NCBI GenBank assembly: GCA_902774285.1
Contig: CACYHO010000001.1
Location: 202,077 to 266,076 of the forward strand
Direction of reading: 5' to 3'
Length of the DNA stretch: 64,000 bases
Source of the DNA: an uncultured Pseudomonadota bacterium
GTDB lineage: Bacteria > Pseudomonadota > Alphaproteobacteria > Rs-D84
Position numbers and translations under genes: made by a program. Below the pieces are notes generated by a model. It did no database searches. It was not told the origin of the DNA and saw only the letters and a list, made by a program, of their open reading frames with translations. This document shows positions 37,708 through 47,725 of the stretch, piece by piece. Position 1 is the stretch's first letter. The number at the start of each line of letters is the position of its first letter.

Positions 37708-40104
37708 ATGGCGACATTAACACTTGGAAAATCTGTAACGGTTGGTGCAGTGCAAAGTAAAAAAGGCGACGCGGTCTTTGTTGAACGTCGTCGTCGTATT
37801 GTTGCACCTGGTACTAACGAATTACGTGAAGAACCTAAAAAGGTTGAAACGGTACGCAGTGCCGCGGATGAAAAATTGCGCGCAGTATTAGAAGCTGCAA
37901 AAGCACGTGATGAAGAACGCAGAAAACGCGAAGCCGAAGAAGAAGCGGCGCGTCGTGCACGCGAAGCCGAAATTGAACGCGAAAATCGTGAATACGAAGC
38001 GGTCAAAGAACAATTGGCACAACGTGAAACAGAACAACAAATTGCAGAAGAAGCAGTTGTTTTACCAGTGCGTGAAAACACTCACGAAAACAAAAAGAAT
38101 AATGTCGCCTTTAATAATCATAACAATCGTCGCGATGAAGATACTGATGATATGCGTGGATCAAAACAAAACCGCTTTAAGAAAGATTTCAAAAAAGGCG
38201 GCAAGATTTCCATACACGATATTGTTATTGGTGGTGGCGATGATGACGATGATGAAGAAATTGGTTTGCGTGGTGCAAATCGCAGACGCAGTGAAGCATC
38301 ACTTAAACGTTTCCGTGAAAAAGCACGTGCTGTATTTACTGCACCACAAAAGGTTGAACATGTCGTTACATTGGGTGACACAATAACTGTTAAAGATTTA
38401 GCAGCAGCGATGGCTGAAAAGGTTGGTAATGTTATCAAAAAATTGATGGAAATGGGTATGATGGCATCGCAAAACCAATCTATTGATGCTGATACTGCTG
38501 AATTGATTGCAACAGAATTTGGTGCAACAGTTAAACGCGTTGATGTAAAACCTTATGCAAATATTTTGGAAGAACAACCACATGCGGATAGATTGCAACC
38601 AAGATATCCTGTGGTAACAGTTGTGGGACACGTTGACCATGGTAAAACATCATTGTTGGATGCGTTCCGTAATGCAAATGTGGTTGCAGGCGAAGCTGGT
38701 GGCATCACCCAACATATTTCTTCATATGAAGTTAAAACAAAATCTGGTGCAATAATAACATTCTTGGATACACCGGGCCACGAAACATTTACAGCAATGC
38801 GTGCACGTGGTGCGCAAATTGCTGATATAGTTGTGTTGGTTGTTGCGGCTAATGATTCAATTATGCCACAGACAATTGAAGCAATTAATCATATTCGCGC
38901 GGCCAAGGTTCCATTTATTGTCGCAATTAACAAATGTGATTTACCAGAAGCAGATCCATATCGTGTAAAAACAGACCTTTTGCAACAAGAAGTTCAGGTC
39001 GAAGAAATGGGTGGTGATGTTCAATGTGTTGAAATTTCTGCTAAAACAAAAATGGGATTAGATAAACTGGAAGAAGCAATTTTGTTACAGGCTGAAATTA
39101 TGGATCTGAAGGCCGATCCGGAAATGTTGGCATCTGCATATGTTGTCGAAGCCAAAATGGAAAAAGGACTTGGTGCGGTTGCAACAATATTGGTGCGTCA
39201 GGGAACTTTGTCTGTTGGTGATGTCTTTGTTGTTGGTGAAACATTTGGACGTGTTCGCGGGCTTATAAATTCAAATGGTGTTCGTGTTAAATCTGTTAAA
39301 CCAGGCCAACCAGCAATGGTTTTGGGATTGGAATCTGTCCCAAGTGCCGGTGATGAATTACATGTTATGGAAAATGAAGCACAAACACGTGAAGTTGCTG
39401 CTTATCGTGTCCAAAAAGCAAAAGATAAAGCAAACGCAGTTAAACGTTCTTCATTGGAAGAATTATTTGCAAAACGCGATGAAACCAAGAAATTGACTTT
39501 GCCGGTTATATTACGCGCAGACGTTCAGGGATCTGTGGAAGCAATTTCAGATATGTTACGCGGATTTAATTCTGACAAGGCTGGTGTTGAATTATTATCA
39601 GCCGGCGTTGGTCAAATTACCGAAGGTGATATCAGATTGGCAACTGCATCTGGTGCTGTGATTATCGCATTTAATGTTCGTGCAGATAGTGCTGTACGTG
39701 ATATGGCACGCAATAATGGCGTAGATATAAGGTATCACAGTGTCGTTTATCGTATCACTGACGAAATCAAAGAAATCTTGTCTGGTAAATTGGCGCCTGA
39801 AAAACGTGAAAACTTTATCGGATATGCAGATGTTATCGCATTGTTCACCGTGGGCAAGGGTATCAAGGTTGCCGGTTGTCGTGTAAGTGAAGGTGTAATA
39901 AAGAAATCAGCAATGGTTCGTTTATTGCGTAACAATGTTGTTATCTATGATGGCAAAATTGGCGAATTGCGCCGTGAAAAGAACGAAGTATCCGAAGTTG
40001 GCGTTGGCGTAGAATTTGGTATGAGTTTCGACAAATATAATGACCTTAAAGAAGGCGATCGTGTCGAATGTTACGAAGTTCAAGAAGTCAAAGCACAACT
40101 TTAA
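37708..40104 (+). CDS. infB: translation initiation factor IF-2
   Basis: GTPase motifs [25 protein letters not shown] and NKCD. 798 aa. nusA-infB synteny. Confidence 0.92.
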   Translation: MATLTLGKSVTVGAVQSKKGDAVFVERRRRIVAPGTNELREEPKKVETVRSAADEKLRAVLEAAKARDEERRKREAEEEAARRAREAEIERENREYEAVKEQLAQRETEQQIAEEAVVLPVRENTHENKKNNVAFNNHNNRRDEDTDDMRGSKQNRFKKDFKKGGKISIHDIVIGGGDDDDDEEIGLRGANRRRSEASLKRFREKARAVFTAPQKVEHVVTLGDTITVKDLAAAMAEKVGNVIKKLMEMGMMASQNQSIDADTAELIATEFGATVKRVDVKPYANILEEQPHADRLQPRYPVVTVVGHVDHGKTSLLDAFRNANVVAGEAGGITQHISSYEVKTKSGAIITFLDTPGHETFTAMRARGAQIADIVVLVVAANDSIMPQTIEAINHIRAAKVPFIVAINKCDLPEADPYRVKTDLLQQEVQVEEMGGDVQCVEISAKTKMGLDKLEEAILLQAEIMDLKADPEMLASAYVVEAKMEKGLGAVATILVRQGTLSVGDVFVVGETFGRVRGLINSNGVRVKSVKPGQPAMVLGLESVPSAGDELHVMENEAQTREVAAYRVQKAKDKANAVKRSSLEELFAKRDETKKLTLPVILRADVQGSVEAISDMLRGFNSDKAGVELLSAGVGQITEGDIRLATASGAVIIAFNVRADSAVRDMARNNGVDIRYHSVVYRITDEIKEILSGKLAPEKRENFIGYADVIALFTVGKGIKVAGCRVSEGVIKKSAMVRLLRNNVVIYDGKIGELRREKNEVSEVGVGVEFGMSFDKYNDLKEGDRVECYEVQEVKAQL

Positions 40105-40123
40105 AAAACAAATAATGCTAAAA

Positions 40124-40153
40124 AGTCCCCGATTTATTCGGGGATTTTTTTTG
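40124..40153 (+). terminator. rho-independent terminator after infB (TCCCCG-atttatt-CGGGGA + T-run)
   Basis: 6-bp GC stem followed by TTTTTTTTGTTTTTTT. Confidence 0.55.
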
Positions 40154-40189
40154 TTTTTTTATGCGATATTTGATATAATAAACATTATA

Positions 40190-41071
40190 ATGAGAATGCG
40201 GGCTTTTTTATTATTTTTTACATTTTGTTTTAGTGTGTCACCGATTATGGCAGACACATCTGACACTTTTAATGCAGTTTATGGACAGGATGAAGATTTG
40301 TTGCATTCTGATTTAAACCAAAGTTTAGATCAACAATTACAAATCATTGAAGAACGCGTAAAACAGATAGATCCTGAAATAGTCGAAAAATATGCAAATG
40401 ATGGCAAATATGAAAAAATTTATAACTATCAGCATTTTTTGGCGAATCGTGTTTATGAAACAAAAGCAGAACAGTTTTTGAATAGGTTGCAAGAACATGC
40501 AAAATCCAAAGGGTACAAAGTGACAAAAGCATCAGAAGGGATTGATGATACTTATATTTTGGAGTTGCCAACATATATGAAATCACCAGAATGCTATGAA
40601 AACGGAGATATACGCGATATTCGTAAGTGCGAATACCCAAAAGATTATGATTTTAGTTTGTTAAGTATAAGTGAAAGTGAAATATTTTTTATGTTAGATA
40701 ATATGGAAACCATATATTCGTATTTTGTGATACGTGATGGTTCAGGAAGCGAAATTGGTGATGAAAGTAAAGACGTAGAATCCGGAGAATTCATGTTAGA
40801 ATTGTCAGAGACAAAACTATCACACAAAGAATACTTAGACTTTGAAAACAGACACATATATTGTAATTGGGGTGCTGAAATACCCTATGCTAAAGAATCA
40901 AATAAATGTTCTAAAAACTCTATCCTGACGAAAAAATGTGCAGAAATTATGCAGTTGAGCATGGAAGCATATGATGAATGTTTGGGAGAATATATTTATT
41001 TGCCTGCCACAGATGTTAAATCAGTAATTCATAATTTTCTGTACGATTCGCAAAGGAATAGTATTAAATGA
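40190..41071 (+). CDS. hypothetical secreted protein (293 aa)
   Basis: Start chosen at MRMRAFLLFFTFCFSVSPIMA (signal peptide). Acidic, 8 Cys. No recognised motif. Confidence 0.45.
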   Translation: MRMRAFLLFFTFCFSVSPIMADTSDTFNAVYGQDEDLLHSDLNQSLDQQLQIIEERVKQIDPEIVEKYANDGKYEKIYNYQHFLANRVYETKAEQFLNRLQEHAKSKGYKVTKASEGIDDTYILELPTYMKSPECYENGDIRDIRKCEYPKDYDFSLLSISESEIFFMLDNMETIYSYFVIRDGSGSEIGDESKDVESGEFMLELSETKLSHKEYLDFENRHIYCNWGAEIPYAKESNKCSKNSILTKKCAEIMQLSMEAYDECLGEYIYLPATDVKSVIHNFLYDSQRNSIK

Positions 41072-41886
41072 AAAAAAAGATAGTGTTTTTATTATTGATT
41101 ATTGTTCCGATAATATCGACATCGGTGTCCTATGCAGCAAGTCAAAATACAACAGATGAGATACAAGAACAAGATTTAAAAAGCATGCTTGATAAAATTT
41201 GTGAAAGAGGTGGTTGTTCTGTTGAAAGTGTTAAACAAATGGACGATGAAGAATTTTTGCTTAATGTATTACAACCTACTGTAAAACTAATAAAACTTAA
41301 ACAAAAATATGAAGCGGCGAAAGAAAAAGAACAATCTCTTGCCAACCGGACTTTAACGGCGGCAACTGTTGCTGCAACTGGAATCGGTGGTATGGAATTG
41401 GCTATGGGGCTTTCTGAACAAAAGGCCGATAAAGAAGCAGATGCCGATATGGCGGCATATATGGCAACAATGCGTTGTACCTATGGTAATAAAAAGCAAG
41501 TAAATGCCGGTCCAGATGAAATAGAATTGCCCGGCGGAAACAATTCGGAATTAATGTCTTTGCGTAATGAATATTTTTCTTTGGCTGCAGACCTGAAAGA
41601 ACGCAAAGAAGCATTAGGTATGGCACCAGGAATTGAATCTGAAGAAATTTTAGATAAAGCCACAAGCGGACTTTACGATGATGAAAATATTGGTACGGAT
41701 TCTGGTGCGTATGCATCCATTTATCGTGCAGAAAATGGTAATGAAACAGATCAGGCAAAGATAGATGAAGAACGCAAGGTATCCAAGAATCGTGTAATTG
41801 GTGGCGGTGTTGCCGCCGGTGCGGGCGTGGTCGGTGGAACCGTTGGTAATGCTGTGATAAACAGAGATAGAAAAACACGTAAATAA
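41068..41886 (+). CDS. hypothetical secreted coiled-coil/glycine-zipper protein (272 aa)
   Basis: Signal peptide. LTAATVAATGIGGMELAMGL and C-terminal VIGGGVAAGAGVVGGTVGNAVI glycine-zipper segments. Same style as the 28195 family. Confidence 0.5.
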   Translation: MKKKIVFLLLIIVPIISTSVSYAASQNTTDEIQEQDLKSMLDKICERGGCSVESVKQMDDEEFLLNVLQPTVKLIKLKQKYEAAKEKEQSLANRTLTAATVAATGIGGMELAMGLSEQKADKEADADMAAYMATMRCTYGNKKQVNAGPDEIELPGGNNSELMSLRNEYFSLAADLKERKEALGMAPGIESEEILDKATSGLYDDENIGTDSGAYASIYRAENGNETDQAKIDEERKVSKNRVIGGGVAAGAGVVGGTVGNAVINRDRKTRK

Positions 41887-41887
41887 A

Positions 41888-41918
41888 AACACCGCCCGTT
41901 TGGGCGGTTGTTTTTTTA
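41888..41918. terminator. bidirectional terminator (ACCGCCCGTTTGGGCGGT) between convergent genes
   Basis: 8-bp GC stem with A-run and T-run flanks. Confidence 0.6.
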
Positions 41919-42305
41919 TCTTTCTTTTTTTTCGCTGTATGTCAGGTTTTGTTTGTAAATCTTGTGATTAGATGTTGTGCGTAAAAAATATTTTTGATGT
42001 TTTGCATCCAATTTTGCATAGTTCGATGATTTGATATACAAAATGTTTTGACGCATATTACCGCGTCTTAAAACGTGTTTGTGTAATTTTATGCCGATTT
42101 TGCCGTATAATTCCATTACGTGATCAATGTCTGATCCCGGGGTAATAGAAACATAAACGCAAGGCGTTGGTTTTTTATCAACAACAATGCGCGTTTCGAA
42201 TGCACCGTTTGTTGCTTTATGTAAATATTCTTCGTGTTTTCGCATCAGTTCATCTTCGTTGGTGAACATTTGTTTAATTTTTTCAATCGCTGATTTAAAA
42301 GACAT
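41916..42305 (-). CDS. hypothetical basic protein (129 aa)
   Basis: Clean ORF with own terminator. No recognisable motif. Confidence 0.35.
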   Translation of the reverse strand: MSFKSAIEKIKQMFTNEDELMRKHEEYLHKATNGAFETRIVVDKKPTPCVYVSITPGSDIDHVMELYGKIGIKLHKHVLRRGNMRQNILYIKSSNYAKLDAKHQKYFLRTTSNHKIYKQNLTYSEKKER

Positions 42306-42369
42306 AAAATGCTCCTTTTATTTCTTATGTATAAATAATACCACAAATAACAATGTTTTCAATGTTTTT

Positions 42370-42402
42370 TACAAAAAAACACCCCGACATAACGGGGTGT
42401 TT
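42370..42402 (-). terminator. terminator downstream of ompH (ACACCCCG-ttatgt-CGGGGTGT + U-run on minus strand)
   Basis: 8-bp stem. T-run follows on the minus strand. Confidence 0.5.
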
Positions 42403-42420
42403 AATTGTCAAAAGATGTTT

Positions 42421-43080
42421 TTATAAACCTTTTGGTGCTGCCATTTTTACAGATGAAACTTTTTTGTTTAATGCTTTGACAACTTCGTCTGTGATATCAA
42501 GGTTCTTTACATTGTCGCCCATGCGCGCCATACGACCATCGATTACCAAAGATAAATTCTTTTTTGCGATTATACCCTGGATAACAGGATCAAGATGTTT
42601 CTTTTGAATTGTTTGAAGGGCATCTTGGTATGAAGCTTCGATTGATTGTGCGCTTTCAGACAGATGACGTTGGAATTCATTTACACGACGTTGATAATCA
42701 ATAACACGACGTTGTAATGCTTCTTGGGATAAAATGTCTTGAGATTTTTCAATATCTGCTTTTTCTTTTTCAATCGCTTTTTGTTCTTTTTCAAGTTTTG
42801 TTTTTAATTTGTTTTCAAAATTTGCACGTTGTTTGTGTAAATCTTCCAAAACTTTTGCATCCATTTGGATTTTGTCCATGCTGATTACAGCGATACGCAA
42901 ATCAGCAGCATTGGCAGCGTCTGTTGATACTTCTGCAATTGCAGATGCTGTATCGTGACTTTTTACCATGTGTGATACGGCAAATATACCAATTAATGCA
43001 ACAACGATAACCGCGGCGGCGATAATGCCTTGTTTAGAATATTTTTGTAAGATTGGATTTAAGTTTTTTATTTTTTTCAT
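42421..43080 (-). CDS. OmpH/Skp-family periplasmic chaperone
   Basis: N-terminal signal/anchor, then a long Lys/Glu/Gln-rich helical region (KLKTKLEKEQKAIEKEKADIEKSQ). 219 aa. Typical of the OmpH family. Confidence 0.65.
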   Translation of the reverse strand: MKKIKNLNPILQKYSKQGIIAAAVIVVALIGIFAVSHMVKSHDTASAIAEVSTDAANAADLRIAVISMDKIQMDAKVLEDLHKQRANFENKLKTKLEKEQKAIEKEKADIEKSQDILSQEALQRRVIDYQRRVNEFQRHLSESAQSIEASYQDALQTIQKKHLDPVIQGIIAKKNLSLVIDGRMARMGDNVKNLDITDEVVKALNKKVSSVKMAAPKGL

Positions 43081-43150
43081 CTTTTCTTCCTTTGTTTGTT
43101 ATTTGGTTGTTTTGAATATAGCAATATTTATATGAAAACGCAAAGTGTTT

Positions 43151-43831
43151 TTATCGTGCAGGTGTTAACCGAATTTCAACGCGACGATTGGTAAGGCGAC
43201 CAATGTCATCTTGGGCTGCGATTGGGCGTGCGGGACCACGTCCGACAATAAACATACGCGATGTCGAAACATTATGTTGTGAAAAATATACACCAACGCG
43301 TTCAGCCATGTCTAAAGATAATGCATAAGACGCGTTTTTATCAGACATTGCATCTGTGTATCCTGCGATTTCCATAAATGTAGCATTATATTTATTCAAT
43401 ATTTTTGAAATGGTTTTAAGTGTATCGGCACCATCCGCAGATATATCTGCAACAGATTGATTCATAATGCTATCGCGAACCAATATCACAACAACATCTG
43501 TGCCGGCGCGCTGAACAGAAATGCCAGGCTTGCGTAATGCATCATACAATTCGTATTCCAAGCCCGCCATATAATTTACCAACACGGCATTATCTATTGC
43601 ATTTTTATCACCATATTGCATTTTTTCAGATAGTTCACCAGTTTGTGTTATAACTTTGCCACCGTGTCCCATATATACAGGCATCTTTGCAATGCGGGCT
43701 GTTTCTGTCATATCCATAAAGCTGGCCCCGTAAAGATGTTGTTGCCATGTGTTTCGTTCAGGACTGTGGTATTGCAGGCATCCTGTCAATGTAAAACACA
43801 AACCAATAAAAATTATTCTTTTAAAATTCAT
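43151..43831 (-). CDS. OmpA-like domain lipoprotein
   Basis: Lipobox LTGC. C-terminal OmpA/MotB-like motif IAGYTDAMSDKNASYALSLDMAERV...RRVEI. 226 aa. Confidence 0.7.
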   Translation of the reverse strand: MNFKRIIFIGLCFTLTGCLQYHSPERNTWQQHLYGASFMDMTETARIAKMPVYMGHGGKVITQTGELSEKMQYGDKNAIDNAVLVNYMAGLEYELYDALRKPGISVQRAGTDVVVILVRDSIMNQSVADISADGADTLKTISKILNKYNATFMEIAGYTDAMSDKNASYALSLDMAERVGVYFSQHNVSTSRMFIVGRGPARPIAAQDDIGRLTNRRVEIRLTPAR

Positions 43832-43834
43832 ATT

Positions 43835-44290
43835 TTATTTTGCAAAAAATGATATTGTATTGTCGCCTGTTTTTAAACAATAAGATGCATCGCTTGAATC
43901 ATATCCGTTAACACTTATATGTGTTGTCCAATCAAATTTCTTGGTTGTAAAATAAGCACATTCATCAAATGTTAAATCAACCAAATTGATTGAAAATTCT
44001 GTGCCATTAAAATTACTTGTCACAGACCAAGCGTTACCACCCGCAGGTGCTTTGTCGTTCGTTAATGCACCGGCTTCAATCAAGAAGCCAACTGATACAG
44101 GTGTGTATCCAGAATATTCTAAAAGTGTTTTTGTTTTTGTTGCGATGTTTTCTAATTCTGTTGACGCAATTAAACGTTTTTGTTTCGCGTTTGTAGAATT
44201 ATATATTGCATAAGTCCCGGCAACCATAATTGCACTAATAGCGAGTACCCCGATAATTTCAATTAATGAACGCCCTGATTGTTCCCTCAT
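43835..44290 (-). CDS. type IV pilin-like protein (class III signal peptide, C-terminal disulfide loop)
   Basis: Leader MREQSG, then RSLIEIIGVLAISAIMVAGTYAIY (Glu at +5). A C-terminal Cys pair (FDECAYF...DASYC) resembles the type IVa pilin D-region. 151 aa. Confidence 0.65.
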   Translation of the reverse strand: MREQSGRSLIEIIGVLAISAIMVAGTYAIYNSTNAKQKRLIASTELENIATKTKTLLEYSGYTPVSVGFLIEAGALTNDKAPAGGNAWSVTSNFNGTEFSINLVDLTFDECAYFTTKKFDWTTHISVNGYDSSDASYCLKTGDNTISFFAK

Positions 44291-44305
44291 TTTTATTCCC
44301 CATGT

Positions 44306-45862
44306 TTATTTAGATATATTAACGATTTCTGCACCTTCGAACAAATCCATTGCACTGGCCACCATCGGATCAGATTCTATTTCTGATTTTGTGTGTTCTG
44401 ATAATGTTTGTTGGTGTGGTGCTTCTTGGATAGATTCAATTGTCCAATCTTTACCGGTTGTTTCTTTTAACCATGATACCAATTTGTGTGAAAAATCTTT
44501 GTCGCCTTTGCGATCGAAATATTTGATTTTTCCATTTTCAAATTCTGTTATTTCAAGATTGGTTGTGTAATAAGAATACAACAATAATTCGCGTGCTTTT
44601 TGCAAAGCGGTTGCCAATTCATCAGAAGTATTTATTTGTATAAATTTTGATTTTTCTGATGTTGTTTGTTCCACTTTCTTGGTTGGCACAACTTGCTGAT
44701 CTTGTTTTAATAATTCCTGGATAGACGGCATATCGGCAATATGCATTAATCTAACAATCAGCATATCGAAACATTGTTTTTGATTGTTTGATGCTTGTAA
44801 TTCTGGAACAGCGGCAACCATAACCTGCCATATTCTGGAAAGCGTATTTAATGAAATATTTTCATTTATCTGTTTAATTGTTTCGCGTTGGTCGGCAGTA
44901 TAAGGTGAAGATGTCACATCTTGTAAGCGTAAAGATGGATACATGCGGGTTGCCCAATGTGTCCATTCCATCATATCGTTTAACAACATTGTCAAATCAG
45001 CACCATTGTTATAGATTTCGTCCAATCTGTTTAATGCCGCATTAACATCGCCTGATAAAACTGTTTTCATAAAATTAACAACTGTTCCGCGATCTGTTCT
45101 TTTTAACATATCTAAAACAGCACCTTCATCAACATGGCCACCTGTTTGGGCGATAGCCTGGTCAAGCAATGAAAGTCCATCGCGAACAGAACCGTCAGCA
45201 GCGCGCGCCAATAATTCATTTGCACCATCAGATAATTCTATTTTTTCTTGTTCTGCAACCCATGCAAAATGTTTTTTTAATGTTTCCACAGGAACACGAG
45301 CCAAATCAAATCTTTGACAACGTGACAATATTGTTACAGGAACTTTTCTTATTTCTGTTGTTGCCAAAATGAAGATAACATGCGCAGGTGGTTCTTCCAA
45401 AGTTTTAAGCAGTGCATTGAAAGCACTGGTAGATAACATATGGACTTCGTCGATGATATAAACTTTATATCTTGCATTTGTTGGACGATAAAGTGCTGCG
45501 TCTAAAATTTCACGCATATTATCAACACCAGTATGTGAAGCAGCGTCAATTTCCATGACATCAATATGTTGACCAGCTGCGATAGCACGACAGTTTTCAC
45601 AAACACCACATGGTTTTGATGTTGCATGATCAGAAGACAAACAATTTAAAGCCTTCGCCAAAATACGTGCGGTACTGGTTTTTCCGGTTCCGCGGATACC
45701 CGTAAAAATATAGGCGTGTGCGATACGTCCGGTGTTAATGGCGGTTGTTAATGTTTTTACTAACACATCTTGACCAATAAGAGATTCAAAATCTTGACTG
45801 CGATATTTGCGGGCTAAAACTGTATAATTAGTATCCATAATGCTTCCTTTGGGTGAAAGCAT
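44306..45862 (-). CDS. dnaX: DNA polymerase III subunit gamma/tau
   Basis: Walker A GIRGTGKTSTARILA, zinc module CGVCENC, and YIIDEVHMLS. 518 aa. Confidence 0.9.
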   Translation of the reverse strand: MLSPKGSIMDTNYTVLARKYRSQDFESLIGQDVLVKTLTTAINTGRIAHAYIFTGIRGTGKTSTARILAKALNCLSSDHATSKPCGVCENCRAIAAGQHIDVMEIDAASHTGVDNMREILDAALYRPTNARYKVYIIDEVHMLSTSAFNALLKTLEEPPAHVIFILATTEIRKVPVTILSRCQRFDLARVPVETLKKHFAWVAEQEKIELSDGANELLARAADGSVRDGLSLLDQAIAQTGGHVDEGAVLDMLKRTDRGTVVNFMKTVLSGDVNAALNRLDEIYNNGADLTMLLNDMMEWTHWATRMYPSLRLQDVTSSPYTADQRETIKQINENISLNTLSRIWQVMVAAVPELQASNNQKQCFDMLIVRLMHIADMPSIQELLKQDQQVVPTKKVEQTTSEKSKFIQINTSDELATALQKARELLLYSYYTTNLEITEFENGKIKYFDRKGDKDFSHKLVSWLKETTGKDWTIESIQEAPHQQTLSEHTKSEIESDPMVASAMDLFEGAEIVNISK

Positions 45863-45902
45863 AGCAAATTAATATACGATTTCAATAAAAAAGAGCCGGA
45901 AT

Positions 45903-46220
45903 TTATTTCAAATTTGTAATAAAATCTGGAAACCCAATTTCTTCGTCTTCGTCTGATTCTTTTGCGTCAGAATTTTCAGCAGATTCAGCGATTTCTTCTG
46001 GAATTGGAGTTTTGTCTTTCGGGTCGCGTTGGGAATCGATTTTAACCTGTTCTTCATTGACAATACGGCCATAATGTTCCGCAGTTTGAAGCAGTCTTTC
46101 GCGTTCTATTTCGTCGCTTGTCTGGCGAGCAAGGTCGATATATTGTTTTCTTTTTTGACGCCATTTATGACAGCGTTGAATCATCTGACCCACAGATGTT
46201 TGATTTTTTTTGTTTGGCAT
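45903..46220 (-). CDS. DUF4167-like small basic/acidic protein
   Basis: QKRKQYIDLARQTSDEIERERLLQTAEHYGRI resembles, from memory, the alphaproteobacterial DUF4167 core (YERYLxLAR...QHAEHY). Acidic C-terminal tail. Confidence 0.4.
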   Translation of the reverse strand: MPNKKNQTSVGQMIQRCHKWRQKRKQYIDLARQTSDEIERERLLQTAEHYGRIVNEEQVKIDSQRDPKDKTPIPEEIAESAENSDAKESDEDEEIGFPDFITNLK

Positions 46221-46345
46221 ATTCTTTCTTTTTATTTTTCAAGGAAATAAACTTTTCAAACAGCAAATTGTTTCACTGTCTGTTCTTCAACAGTGTAAAT
46301 ATTAAAGCATCTTAAAACTGATTGCAATAATTTTTTTCAATTGCT

Positions 46346-47725
46346 ATGCTTAAAGTTGTAGGAGGGAGGCTTTTGCAAAAACAGTCTGGTAATTTTTTAC
46401 TGCAAGCGTTGCTAGCACTGACTTTAGTCTTTGCTTTTATGCCGTTTTTTGCGCGTCGTATTTCTTCGCGCGATATGGCCGCCCAAATGTATGCTGCAAC
46501 AGAACAAATAGAAACAGCGCAATCTGCTGCGCGAATTTATTTGCGTGAAGAAAAAGATAATTTGCCTTATAAAAAGCAAGAAATAAGCAAAGAAAATTTT
46601 GTTAATATATTGGAAAACTATGGTTTGCCACTTGGTTTTGTCCCACAAACACATTTCAATCAGAACATATCTCTGGTGATAAACAAAGATGAAAATAGTT
46701 TTTATGGTTTTATAAATGTAACCGGTGGAAAATTATCGAAAGTGCAAATGGCCGAATTAGCACGCAGAATAGGTTTTTATGCAAAAGTTAACGGAAATAA
46801 TATCGAAGTCGATATACCACTTGATGCAATGTACAGCGATATTGTGTCAAAAAAAGAAACTGGGGAAAATGTTGGTTTTTTATCTGAATTAGATATGAAC
46901 GATAAAAGTGTTGATAAGATAGGCGTTTTATTTGCGCGCAATGGTGAATTTGAAAGCGCGCAATTTAATACATTGTCGCTTTATGGTATTGAAGAAAGTA
47001 GAAAAGATAAAAATAAAATTTCTGATTTATATGCGAATAAAACAGTTTTTCAAAGTGCTGATGGTGGCGCTGCTTTATCCATTTCCCGTGGTGAAATAAC
47101 GACAAGTTCAGCATCGTTGCGTACAGTGTCAAGATTTGGAACAACTGGTGGTTTTGAATCGAATGTTGCAGCGGTATATGATTTTTCTATGTCGGAAGGT
47201 CGTACGGGGTTTAGTGGTCCATCACAATGGTTGGTTCGTGGTTCTGTGCTGGCCGATAATTTTAATTTTAATGTTGATAGATTAGATATAGGTTCGTATC
47301 TTGATGCTTCGCGTGGACAAGATGTTTATATTGATCCAGAAAGTTTGACGTACGCATCAAAAGTAGGTGTTGATGCAAAAAATATATATGCAGCAAATAT
47401 TTCATTGCGCGATCAAACTTCATACGGTTTATTGGATGGTCGTTCTGGGCCTTTGTTAATAGATATAAGACCTGCTGGGACTTCTCTTTTGCCAGATGCA
47501 TATGTTGATGGGATAAATAATGATTCTTTTGAAATTATTGCCGATCCAAAAGACACAACAGGTAAAAAAGTTTCGTGCAGAGACATAATAAGTCAAATTG
47601 ATGTTGTGTATAACAGTAAATCTTTGGCACAGAATATAATTTGTCAGTATGTGTTTTGGCAAAGATTAGAAGCAAGAATAGATATAAAACAATGTTTAAA
47701 AAGTGGGCGAAGTGATTGTATGTAA
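46346..47725 (+). CDS. large pseudopilin/TadE-like protein A (prepilin-type N-terminus; 459 aa)
   Basis: Probable true start is TTG at 46373, 7 nt after GGAGGGAGG, giving leader MQKQSG|NFLLQALLALTLVFAFMPFF. ExAQSAxxxY...NYGLP motif shared with protein C. 4 C-terminal Cys. Confidence 0.5.
   Translation: MLKVVGGRLLQKQSGNFLLQALLALTLVFAFMPFFARRISSRDMAAQMYAATEQIETAQSAARIYLREEKDNLPYKKQEISKENFVNILENYGLPLGFVPQTHFNQNISLVINKDENSFYGFINVTGGKLSKVQMAELARRIGFYAKVNGNNIEVDIPLDAMYSDIVSKKETGENVGFLSELDMNDKSVDKIGVLFARNGEFESAQFNTLSLYGIEESRKDKNKISDLYANKTVFQSADGGAALSISRGEITTSSASLRTVSRFGTTGGFESNVAAVYDFSMSEGRTGFSGPSQWLVRGSVLADNFNFNVDRLDIGSYLDASRGQDVYIDPESLTYASKVGVDAKNIYAANISLRDQTSYGLLDGRSGPLLIDIRPAGTSLLPDAYVDGINNDSFEIIADPKDTTGKKVSCRDIISQIDVVYNSKSLAQNIICQYVFWQRLEARIDIKQCLKSGRSDCM

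Noticed and set aside
46221-46345. Short palindromes (CACTG-n12-CAGTG; ATTGCAAT / CAATTG) upstream of the pseudopilin-like operon, considered as operator sites
   Set aside because: Very short, self-complementary A/T-rich words that occur by chance in AT-rich intergenic DNA. No second copy elsewhere in the window to support a regulon.
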